A stretch of 63,989 nucleotides of DNA, counting the filler, from Octopus bimaculoides (Eukaryota): the NCBI RefSeq assembly GCF_001194135.2. It is 9 parts of 8 records of this genome, joined end to end, with 100 filler letters (N's around TTAATTAATTAA, not from the genome) between each part and the next. Parts side by side here need not be neighbours in the genome. Positions count along the whole stretch, not along the records: positions 38,187 to 49,497 come from NC_068983.1; positions 49,598 to 51,461 come from NC_068981.1; 7 more parts are not named here. The stretch is one strand, 5' to 3'. The notes beneath the pieces are model-generated. The model saw nothing but the letters and a program-made list of their open reading frames with translations, was not told the DNA's origin and ran no database searches. Every line of letters begins with the position of its first letter. The stretch's first letter is position 1. The position numbers were made by a program, and so were the translations under genes. Below, in pieces: positions 39,026 to 51,561 of the stretch.

Positions 39026-39952
39026 GTGACTGTAACAACAATGAGAGCAACAGGAACAATAGCACCGATGACCTTCCTGAATTTTTGAAGAAACATCTTC
39101 GTCTGGTATATCTTAAAGATATATATGGAAGGATAACTTCGTTCATATTCCTCTTATTCTATCCGTACAATGTGAGAGTTTTCATTCGCTGTCCCTTGAC
39201 TGCAACGCGGCAATGTAACACTGTACACTAGATATTTTCATACAAAACGTCTCTGGATACGGCCAATGCTGTCCTCTATCACTTACCATTCTTTAAATTT
39301 TATGGAAATACATTTGATGAGTTTACTGAAGCACTTGAGCATTATTTATTTTATGTAATCCAAAATCGATTTGAACACGGAGTATAAGGAGTTATAGAAA
39401 AAGACTGCAAAGATGATTATTTTGTTGCTGTAGCAATTCTACCATGCGCTACTTGATAAATAATTATTATTATTAACTACGACAAAAGATAAATAATTTG
39501 GGCATAACTGTGTAAATCGATATCGTACAGTGAATGTCATTAACCCATTTGACTTGGTAATAATGAACAGCAAATATATCTTGATAATGACGGTACTAGA
39601 AAACTTAAAGTGAAGGCTAGTATTGAACTGTATTAAAGAGATTAAGTAATCTTGCGCTCATCTAGCAGCGAGCTACTGCTCGACCCATGAGGTTGATTGT
39701 AATGACACGAAAAATACGCCTACCCTATTCATGCTACAAAGAACTGCACAAAAAGCTGAGATGTTGAAACCCAGCACATTCATTGCGATTTGAGAATAAT
39801 CAAGAGACTGTGTATCCCCTGTCTAAAGTAGCTTTACTCATATGGAAAAGGCTTGCATGCCAGTCTGATACCAAACACTATTATAAAGCGAAACATTTTG
39901 GAATTTGTTCTAACATAGTCCACATGTGCCTCGTCCAGGAGTAAGATAGAGA

Positions 39953-40039
<87 letters not shown>

Positions 40040-40084
40040 ACTACTACTACTACTACTACTAGTACTACTACTACTACTACTACT
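39953..40084 (+). repeat. (ACT)n(GCT)n(ACT)n compound microsatellite
   Basis: Directly visible. Confidence 0.97.
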
Positions 40085-40674
40085 AGAATTTATATAATTT
40101 ACAAGTAATTGTAATTAACATGTTTACTGTTAGTTTCATTGAATTTGCCTTTTCATTTATGTCTTGCTTTGTGTCAACGAACAAAAGACCTGTTCGAACA
40201 CGTATGGAAACGATAATTCAATACTTAAACACAATACTCGTTTTTTCCGCTATTGATTTGTGTTTTTAATTCAACGTAATCTATACGCTGGCCTAACATG
40301 CCTAACTCACGTACAGAGTCACGTATACACATACATACATGCATACATACATACATATATATATACATACATACACATATATATATATGTATANNNNNNN
40401 NNNNNNNNNNNNNNNNNNNNNNNNNNNNNNNNNNNNNNNNNNNNNNNNNNNNNNNNNNNNNNNNNNNNNNNNNNNNNNNNNNNNNNNNNNNNNNNNNNNN
40501 NNNNNNNNNNNNNNNNNNNNNNNNNNNNNNNNNNNNNNNNNNNNNNNNNNNNNNNNNNNNNNNNNNNNNNNNNNNNNNNNNNNNNNNNNNNNNNNNNNNN
40601 NNNNNNNNNNNNNNNNNNNNNNNNNNNNNNNNNNNNNNNNNNNNNNNNNNNNNNNNNNNNNNNNNNNNNNNNNN

Positions 40675-40720
<46 letters not shown>

Positions 40721-41000
40721 TGTATACAAACACATATATATATGCATGTGTATATATATTTTCAGCACCAACAGGAAATGCATGTGTAAATTTTGAAACC
40801 GACCAAAATATGCAGTTAAAAAGACTGCATTTAAAAGTGTACGATTCTTCGTTTGAATTCGCTCAAGTGAACTTCTCTTCAAGCTTGTATGTCTACAAGT
40901 GTATGCGTGTTTTCCTGTGTGCCTTATCGTCCAGTTGACACCATTGGGAAATAAGTACTGGAATATCACATTCCATATACAGCATTTTCCCCTACATAGA

Positions 41001-41370
41001 AGCAGGCGCGTCTGTGTGGGAAGAAGCTTGCTTCCCGACCAATTTCTTTCTGGTTTAGTACCACTACGTGGCACTTTCGACTTGAGAGTGGATTTGGTAG
41101 ACGGAAACTGAAAGTTGCCCGTCGTATATGAATATATGTTTATATTTATATGTGTGCCTGTGTTTGTCCCCTCCCCGCCATCGTACGATAACCGACGTCG
41201 GTGAGTTTATATCCCTGTAACGTAGTTGAACCGCATAAAGATCAAAAGAATAAGTACTAGGTTTAAGAAGAATAAGTCTTGTGGTCGATTTCTTCGACTA
41301 AAGCCCTGTAAGGCGGTGCTCCAGCATGGGCGTAGTCAAATGACTGAAAACAGTAAAACATAAAAAAATA
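41001..41370 (+). mobile_element. tRNA-SINE family B with a small internal deletion
   Basis: GCTTGCTTCCCGACC head, GTGGATTTGGTAGACGGAAACTGAAAG, central (TA/TG)n, tail GGCGGTGCTCCAGCATGG..TGACTGAAA. Confidence 0.8.
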
Positions 41371-41623
41371 GTTCATTTGATTATTTGTATATTATAAGCG
41401 ATTTAAATGTGTGTATTCACTTGTATTCCACTATATTAAAATATCTTTACTGAGAACTACTGAAATGTTCAATAGTCCACAACGTTATCCACTATCTATG
41501 CATGCAAACTTCTTTTATATTTATTATTAGGTAGCTCCCATTCGAATGCTGGTACCATATACCGATACGTTCAGTGTACATATATCTGTGCCGTTTCTTT
41601 ATTTAGTAATCCAGCCATCCAGG

Positions 41624-41703
<80 letters not shown>

Positions 41704-42539
41704 AGGGATGACATCCCTTTTGCTAGAAGAAGACCACTTACGGTTCTGACCACTAAGTATTTCAAGTTGGGACAACGGGAGTTCGTGTGGCTGCACCACT
41801 TCTGGATCAATCTGCTCTCTCTGCCTTCGGCCAGGTTAGTATGTCTGCTATTCTTATTAACTCTGGTTAATTATCAATGTTGCTAAAGTCGGTTCTACTC
41901 GTAGAATCATTAGTTTCATTGTTATTCTTATTATTCTCGATTCTATGTCAGTTATCGTTACTAAAGCAGTTATTAATGTTTCACATCAAATTATATTTTT
42001 ATCATTGGAACCACTTTCTTCCCTCATCCGATTGTTGTTTTGGCTATTACATGCTGTTAATATTTCGAGACGGATGATTTTATTGTTTATTTAATCATGT
42101 TGGTTGTACGCATTACATGGTCAATTCTTAATTTTGATTCACTGGTATTGTTTATATTCATTTATTTTAGTTCTGTTATATAAAGCTATACCTTGTCCTA
42201 TGTACCATAGTCGACTAAATTGTAACGCAGTCGGCTAAAATAGTTGTACAGTATTATTTTAAAACTTTTTCTGTAACTATGCTCGCTGGGAAAATATTTA
42301 TTAAGGAGAAAAATAATTTTACATATGATGTAGAAAAGTGGGAATTTCCGCCGTAGATTTAACCATGCTGCTTCTATGCAGATTTCCTTTCCTGTTATTC
42401 CCTGGGTAACATTTTCATGTGAGCTTACAGTAAGAGGTATGTTTCTTCAGACTTTGTTCACTAGCAGAGACTGGTGAGCTTCTGTGTGATATATATTTTA
42501 CACTGCATCCTCTGTGACAGATATTAGAGTGATATTTCG

Positions 42540-43490
42540 CATTGTGAAAGCTGGGTGGGGAAGAATTCGTAGCCAACTTCCCTCAGCTTTTGGAGCCTCA
42601 TTAGTGAAACGTGTGGACAAGCATTTTCATGAAGAATGATTGGTCCTCTTCTGACAAGTCTGGCACGGATGAGTAGAGGTTTTTCGTTCATTTTGGCAAT
42701 TCAATTGCATGGCAATATCTTTCTGCTGTAATGGTTTTTCCGGGTTTTAAGACGTTATAGTGGATGAGTCTAGCAAAAATTCATCATAACCTTTTTTGTA
42801 AAGAGCTTGGGTTTAGGGAATGTTTTCAGTGCTTTATTTTGGTCCCTCAAGTGCAAAGTACGTTTTTTATTATTGTATAGAATCCATATTTCATCGCAAG
42901 TTCCAATACGGTCGAGAAATGGATCGGTCTGATTATGGAGAAGAATCGACGAGCAAATTTCATAACTGCGCATTTTCTGATGTTCATTCAAATCGTGTGG
43001 TGCACATTTGTTAAGCTTATTTGATTTTTCGATCACATAGTTGCAGGTAGTTTTCTGGCTAACTTGAAATTCTTTTGTCAGTTGTTTCGCCAGTGGTTTT
43101 ATGTAGATCCTTCTCAATGACAGTTTTTAATTGACCGTCATCGATGACAGATGGGTATACGCTATGCTGACAGACTTCAAGGCTCAGGTTTCCACTGCGA
43201 ATTCGTTTAAACCATTTTGAAGCTGACTGGTCATTTCCTCACTAAACGTTTCGTTTATATTGCGTGCAGTTTCAGTTACTTTACGCCCTTTTTGAGGTTG
43301 AATAGCAAAATTGCTCGAATATCACCCTTTAACAGTCCTATTTCAGATGATTGTAACAACGGTCACAAAAGATATCACTGTTTATTTATTGATTCATTTG
43401 GGCACGTTTAAAAAAATTCAAAGCTCTGCAAAACTCCGGTACACATTCTTCATGATTCAAAACGTTGCTTAATTTTTACTCAACCTGTTA
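42540..43490 (-). mobile_element. Decayed mariner transposon, 3'-truncated
   Basis: CAPHDLNEHQK (WVPHEL-like), PFLDRIGTCDEIWILYNN, FPKPKL, ILHENACPH, FFPHPA; 5' end TA-ACAGGTTGAGTAAAAA at 43490. Confidence 0.85.
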
Positions 43491-44569
43491 CATGCTTATA
43501 TGTATATATTTAAGACTGATATGCCTTATGCAATATTTTAAAATACTTGTGGTTCGTGTATCAAATCACTGGTCCCTAAAATGAAATTTTGCCAAGATCA
43601 GATTTTCTTTCTTTCCAGGGAAGACGGAAAAGTTGAAATCCATGATCATGCATAGGTGAAACCTCTAAAGTTATGGAGAAAGAATTTTGTAATCTTCCTG
43701 GGATTTTTATACCTGCTCTTACTTGCAGATAGATAGATAGATAGATAGTAACTCTGGCGAACGGTAAGTCTGTACATGTAGATACGCTTATGAGGGATGA
43801 GTATGAGTAAGTGTCTGTGTACTTTCGAGTGCATAAGGAATCTAAGAACATCTATGTGAAAACCTGGGCTATCTACTAGTTGCTATACGCACAAGTTAGC
43901 CTTCTCCACACCACAGACATTCTTCACAGAAACTAATCATTGACCTTCATCAATAAAATTTAGAATGTTCAGTGGCTTAGGTATTACCGTAAAAACACAA
44001 AGGGCATGAATATATAGCTAAGGGCATCTCATCCGAGCAACTGAGAGTTCGGCTAGATTTCTCTCCTGAAATGGTAGTTTTATATTAAAACATTATACGC
44101 ACCATTGTAACAGTTCTAGCGATGAAGAAATTTGAACATAGCTACCTAGCTAGATAGATAGATACAGGCATAAATATGAGTGTATATCAGTTTTTCGTAT
44201 TACACTAAAACGATTCTCCATTAGGAATTTCTCCTTATGGCTGATCGTGACTCTATCAGGAATGCCATAAAACATAGTAAAGTTTATATGAGAGCATGTA
44301 TTTAAGTCTATATGTGTTTATATATGTATATGCATATATATATATATATANNNNNNNNNNNNNNNNNNNNNNNNNNNNNNNNNNNNNNNNNNNNNNNNNN
44401 NNNNNNNNNNNNNNNNNNNNNNNNNNNNNNNNNNNNNNNNNNNNNNNNNNNNNNNNNNNNNNNNNNNNNNNNNNNNNNNNNNNNNNNNNNNNNNNNNNNN
44501 NNNNNNNNNNNNNNNNNNNNNNNNNNNNNNNNNNNNNNNNNNNNNNNNNNNNNNNNNNNNNNNATGTGT

Positions 44570-44608
<39 letters not shown>

Positions 44609-46182
44609 TGTGTGTGTCTGTGTGTGTGTGTTTCTTTACATGTATATATATGTTTGTACTGCTGCTTCATTTTATTTATAGACCAAAAACGTGTAAGAAT
44701 CTAGCTGTAAAGATAAATATTTTCCGTTAACACTTACAATTCTTCTTTCCTTTAGTCTCCAAAGAAATGATTTCTCTTGCATCTCTTTAAATCTGAACAA
44801 TAAGTTATGCAATAAATAATGTGAAACGTATGAGATATGATAATACTATTATTAGCTTGTTCTCTTTTTTTTTTTGTGCTATCGTTCCTTCAACGTTCGT
44901 CTTATCAATTGTATCCCGATCAGTCTTTTCTTTCTCTCTTGTTCTCACATTTTTATTCTTATTTTTTTTCCTGCAAATATGAACGTAGACACGCTGATGC
45001 AAATAGGAGTATACACACACGTGCGCACACACACATCCACACATATGTATGTGTATATATATCATTGACGCCGAAATTTTATAGTCAATATTCTGCGATT
45101 TTCTTTTTCTTGGCAGCTTTGTGACAGATTGACAGATCATGAAAGATAGAACATGAAAAAATGTTGGTTATATAATATTTGACTAGCGTATTGAAAATGT
45201 TTGCTTGATCTAGCAAAGTTATATTTTTGAATATAAGCTATATAAAGATTTCTTGTATTAACAGAGGGATGGGTGAAATTTAGAAAGGTAAATATCAGAA
45301 ACCATTTAATATATCTAGCACAGATTCTAACGCTCATATTAGCGTTAACCTCACAAATACCTTACTACTCTAGCAAATCTACCATCGTAAATTCCATATT
45401 GGCAATTAAAAATAATACATTTATTATTGTCCAAAATCTTCCAACACTGTTACCACCAACGACACTATACTTTTTAAGTATGAACTACGACGTAAGACGT
45501 CATTCCTCACCGATTGTATTGGTTTTAAGGGATAGAGACACCTACTGATTTGAGACTGAAAATTTATGGCTAGTGCAAAATTTAATACTGGAGAACGAAA
45601 AATATGTATTTTTATCTGATAGAAAAATATATGATATTTTATACTAAATTTCGGCCACACGATCTTTAAATACATATTCCAAAGGGAATCCCACCTATAG
45701 GATGTATACCAAACCAAACTTGTATAATCCCAGCCTTCTTACAAGCTATTCTCACAATGCTTCTAAATTTTCCAATTGTTCCAGCTATCTTGAATTAATA
45801 GATCATTAATTATCTCCTCCATATTTATCTTATATCCATATTTTACTACCTTTACTAGACTTTATCTAAAGTTTCCATATTCTGAAACATTTCATCCACA
45901 TTCACATTTAAATATATCTTTGTAGCTACCGATGACAGTATTCACATACATCTTAAATTTTAGTTCTTCTTTAATTTTATTTTACCCAGTTTTATATTAA
46001 TTCGAAGCATTGCAACTTATCGTATATTGCTTTTATCTCATTACATATCACATTTCACAAGTAATCTCTCATAACTTAATTTCGAATTCTTTTGTCAAGT
46101 GCTAGTTCCTTTTATAGTATTTATCGATATTTTTTCGCCACCATCGGAAAACCACATTTTATAACTAAATTGTTTAACGAAA

Positions 46183-46363
<181 letters not shown>

Positions 46364-46614
46364 ATGATCATGACGGATAATAATCGTACTCATTGGGTTA
46401 GATCATATTCTAGCAATTTTAGTCATACCCAAACCCTTTCGTGGCATCTGTCATTAGTCACACAGATTCGCTTTCTTTCAAGCCTCCTAACTAGACTTAC
46501 ACTTCCTAAAATCCAACCTCTCCAGATATGTTGATTTAATGATAATATCCGTCTTCTTTAATCTTAAACCTAACTACACACCCCCAGATATTCTATCACG
46601 CGATCGATCTTCAT

Positions 46615-47398
46615 TTAGTCTCTGCTTTGAGTTCTGAGCTTCTCACCTATTGTTTATATCTTTCCTGTTTCGTTTAACCCAATATTTGACATGAAAGGCC
46701 TTTTCTTGCCATCGTTTATCATGATCTGTTGCTGTTCCAGATTAAGTTTTAATTTCAGTTGTTTTACAGCTTTTATTGTTTCATCTTTTTCTTCATAGCT
46801 GTTAGGTACTATGAATTATTTTTTTTTTGTATTTTCAGCTTCCTTACAGACTGTAAACAGTTTTTTGTTTTGTTTGTGTTTTGTGGTTATTTGTATTAGT
46901 TTTCCTAGCTTCTGAAGTACGTATTTCTATAGTTCTGTGGTGGATGTTTTGTAATACTTTCCTAGCTATATAAGACGTCTATCACCTTCGATAAGTTGTA
47001 TATATGGCCATTCTATGTCAGATTCTGGGAGGTGCATCCTAAATCCGATCATTATTCTTGTTTTCGTGTCTATTTTTATGAGTTCATGTAGAGTCCGCTT
47101 AACTGTAACTTATAACTTGGACGGCTAGAATGTTGAGACCTGTTATCTTGTGTTTCGCATTGAGCTCTGTTTTCAGTATTAATCTAACTTGTGTATAGTA
47201 TTCCTTTTTTTTTTATCTTATCTTGCATTTGTATGTGCTGTATCGTATGTAGCTCATTGATTCCTAAGTATTTGTATGTCTGGCTTTGGTCTAATTCCCT
47301 TATTTTATTTGCTTTATCAAGTGTAACATTGCTACTCTTAACTAGTTTTCCTCATTTCAAGTTTGCTTTGGCACATTTTCCTAAGCCAAATTTCATGT
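46615..47398 (-). mobile_element. R4/Dong-clade fragment: RT C-terminal part and downstream region
   Basis: MKFGLGKCAKANLK*GKLV..ELDQSQTYKYLGINE..KEYY..ILKTELN..RWQEKAFHVKY..LRSSELKAET; the 5' truncation abuts the microsatellite at 47401-47490. Confidence 0.8.
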
Positions 47399-47400
<2 letters not shown>

Positions 47401-47472
<72 letters not shown>

Positions 47473-47490
47473 ATTATTATTATTATTATT
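47401..47490 (+). repeat. (ATT)n microsatellite
   Basis: Directly visible. Confidence 0.98.
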
Positions 47491-47919
47491 ATATTACTCA
47501 TTTCTCTGTAATCAAGAGCATACACTGCTTGGCTAATGTGTAAGACAACCATAAATTAAAGAAACAGCATAGCGTAATTTTCAGGAAGGAAATCGGATAC
47601 AAATGCTCAGAGTGGCGGGCAACAAACACAGCTGGGTGATGAGTCAGGTGATTTCCAGTATTTCTACACGCACATCAAAAACATAAACGGAATATCTTAA
47701 AACTACATGGAAAATCCTGACGTTTCCTTTGCAGATAGGATTTCTAATCGTTAAATATAATTCAGTCTCCCAGTTTCTCGATACGCTGCGCATAATACCG
47801 CTTCTGTTCATGAATCCATCCATATACATACACACACATAAGTATTTATAGATATTATATACATATAAACATTAATGCTACATCTCCGTTTTCTGAATTT
47901 CAAGTGTATATATATATAC

Positions 47920-47959
<40 letters not shown>

Positions 47960-48787
47960 ATATATACTCTTAAGTGATTTTCAGTTTTTGATTGTGTTAT
48001 ATCTACGTACATGTGTAAACGTATGAGTAATCACGTTATTTTCAACGAAGTTCCAATACCAATATATTAAATCATGTCTTCTCAAGTATGCCATTATATT
48101 TCGTGATATTTCATACACAACACGAACCGCCTTAGGAAACACCAAAGCACATCGCCTTCATGTTGTAATAATATAACTATACTATAATTGCTGAATCATG
48201 GGAAAACGGGTGAGAGTAAATTTAACATATACAACAATATGTGGAGGAAAAGAATGAAATATTATCGGCATTAGCAGGCGATGAAACTTCTTGGTAGATG
48301 AAAAAGTAACAAGCAAACCAAATTAGCTTAAGAAAAAAAAATTCTTTAAGAAATTCAATAACAATGAACACAAGAAATATGTCGACTACAAGGATAGCAA
48401 CAAACACAATACCTAAAGCATTAACATGTCATCTATGAAATTATATAAATCATCAAAATTCTAAAATAATATATCAAAATTATAAATTGTTATAAAATAA
48501 TAAGATGGAACACCATCAAGTAAAATCAAATAATAACATTTTAAACAATTAGCACAAAAGATTGCAATTTACATGATGTGTTTTGCATGATAGTTTCTAA
48601 TTTTTCTCTTGCAATAGAATCTAAAATATTGTCACATTAATAAGGTAGATTATTCTCGTGTCTTTATAGCGAATGGTTTCATAGACAACTAAATGGTTCA
48701 ATTAACTTATAACACCAATCTTTGAGATGCATTTATGTTGAAATATTTCAGAAGAAATAATATTAATAATAATAGTGATAATAAAAA

Positions 48788-48806
48788 AATAATGATGATG
48801 ATGATG

Positions 48807-48873
<67 letters not shown>

Positions 48874-48887
48874 TAATAATAATGATG

Positions 48888-48960
<73 letters not shown>

Positions 48961-48994
48961 TAATAATAATCATAATAATAATAATAATAATAAT
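48788..48994 (+). repeat. (GAT)n/(AAT)n microsatellite
   Basis: Directly visible. Confidence 0.98.
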
Positions 48995-49597
48995 CAGAAC
49001 AAAAATCTAAACAAGACATGTCCAAAACCAGATTTTTGAAAACATGAACTGAATTTACGTGGCGTGTCAAAATAAAGCTGACAATTAACTTAAGTGTATT
49101 AAAAGCTAATTTGTATATATTTTCAGAGGCATAAAAGTCTGTCCTAAATTAATAATATTTCACACGCAGGCTAATATTATGCTCATAGGTACCTACATAT
49201 TAGCGTTTAAATAGAAACTTTGCACGGAAATGCTGTAAAACACAGAAACCGATACAAACACATGGAACACTACTTATATATGCAGTTATAGCATGCATAT
49301 ATAAACATATCAGCGCATATGTTTTAAAATAGGCATACACGCCGGTACAAACTACGTTTATATACAAATATGAGCATACACAGTCACGCAAATAATCATA
49401 TTGTAACACACACTAGGACTCACACACTTGTGCTCATGCGAATGAACATGTGTGTATAGTGTAAATACGCAACCATATATATATATATATATATATANNN
49501 NNNNNNNNNNNNNNNNNNNNNNNNNNNNNNNNNNNNNNNNNTTAATTAATTAANNNNNNNNNNNNNNNNNNNNNNNNNNNNNNNNNNNNNNNNNNNN

Positions 49598-49650
<53 letters not shown>

Positions 49651-50206
49651 TACATAGTGAAACTTAAAAGTGAAACTATTTATAACTTACTCTGAAAGGT
49701 TTCCCTTTTATTCTTTGAGTTTGGAGACATAATACAAAACCAGTGCCAAAGTTGCATTGTTTTAACCCCAAAAACATTACATGGTGACACTCCTGGTGTC
49801 TCGTAGTATTGCCAAGTAAAATTTTATTTGATTCGGTTAAGTTGTTTGAGAATACGTTAGGAACAGACAGAGATACAAAGGATTTTAGATATATAGATTA
49901 TTATTTAACAGCGTTACATTTCTCAGGTTTGATGCAAAATTTGGCTCTTTGTTCAAACTTTCTGTCCATGACAGAAACCATAGACTACAACATACACATA
50001 ATCAGACAAACTTGTGAAGTAAAAACAAAGTAATATCACTCAGAACATTGCCCCATGAATGTCACTTACTAGCTCTCAATGCACATACGACTGCATCATT
50101 TGTTGATGCCCTATAGAATTAGTCTGAGCACTTTAAGATGTAGACATAGATATACAAAAGTCATGTAAATGATATTTGGAAACAAAATAGTTTAATTATT
50201 CAATTT

Positions 50207-50650
50207 TCGTCGTTCGTTTAACGTCCGCTTTCCATGCTGGCATGGGTTGGACGATTTGACTGAGGACTGGTGAAACCAGATGGTTACACCAGGCTCCAAT
50301 CTGATTTGGCAGAGTTTCTACAGCTGGATGCCCTTCCTAACGCCAACCACTCCGAGAGTGTAGTGGGTGCTTTTACGTGTCACCCACACGAAGGCCAGTC
50401 AGGCGGTACTGGCAACGGCCACGCTCAAAATGGTGTATTTTATGTGCCACTCACACAAGAGCCAGTCCAGGGGCACTGGCAACGATCTCACTCGAAAATC
50501 CTTACACATGTCATGGGCACAGGTGCCAGAAAGGTGACGCTCGGCACGGGTGCCATCCCGATTTCGCTTTCGCTTGCCTCAATAAGTCTTCGCAAGGTGA
50601 GTTTTATGTCCAATGAAGGAGACGACGTTGGCACGGGTGCCAGTCGTCGA
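50207..50650 (-). mobile_element. SINE-like element with a central GGTTGGCGTTAGGAAGGGCATCCAGC domain and CGTTAAACGAACGACGA tail
   Basis: GC-richer island with internal imperfect tandem repeats; the central motif resembles a widely shared metazoan SINE core (from memory, possibly the Meta domain). Confidence 0.55.
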
Positions 50651-50873
50651 ATATTTATATCTATGTGTGTGTGTGTGTGAAATTGATGTAAGAAACATAA
50701 TTTACAATAGAAATTTACAGTTCCATTTGGATTAAAATAGCAATAACTACAGTGTTCACTACATGTTTCCCACATTCAGTGTCACTGAGGCTCACTCCCC
50801 TTCCATTTCCTGATTCAACTTTCCTCTGGGAGCGTCCATAACAGGTCACAAAATGCATTTTATTATGTGTAAG

Positions 50874-51461
50874 ATATAACATTTATAATATATAACATTG
50901 TTATATAATATAACAGTATTATATTATGTAACATTATTACATAACATTCCTGTCAGCAAACATCACCTGCTTCCAAGTAAGGTAATGTTTTTCCATGCCT
51001 AGACAAGAATACTGGCAAGACTAGGGACAAAGAACTCATCTGGCATGACAGTAACACTCACAGCTATTGCCTGATGTCATGCTAAGGATAGACTGAAAGA
51101 AACACACACAGATACACACACATATTATGTCTTATAACATTGTTATACTATATAACAATATTATCTCATACAACATTATTATATTGTACAACATTATTAC
51201 ATTATATAACATTATTATATTATATAAGATTATTATAAAAAGTTATTGCATTATATAACATAATTATAGTATATAACATTATCATATAACATTATTATAT
51301 TAAACAATATTGTTATATTATATAACATTATAGTATTATATAGTTATAATACAATATACTGTTACACTATATATTATTATATTATACAGCATCACATTAT
51401 TATATTATGCAACATTGTTATGTTTTACAATATCATTATATTATATAACATTATCATTTTA
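50874..51461. repeat. Cryptic TATAACATTAT-type satellite interrupted by a SINE fragment (50949-51121)
   Basis: Many degenerate ATAACATT/TATTATA units; G is nearly absent. Confidence 0.8.
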
Positions 51462-51561
51462 NNNNNNNNNNNNNNNNNNNNNNNNNNNNNNNNNNNNNNN
51501 NNNNNTTAATTAATTAANNNNNNNNNNNNNNNNNNNNNNNNNNNNNNNNNNNNNNNNNNNN

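Noticed and set aside
46395-46615. Continuation of the R4/Dong fragment
   Set aside because: Motifs stop matching near 46615; the origin of this part is unresolved.
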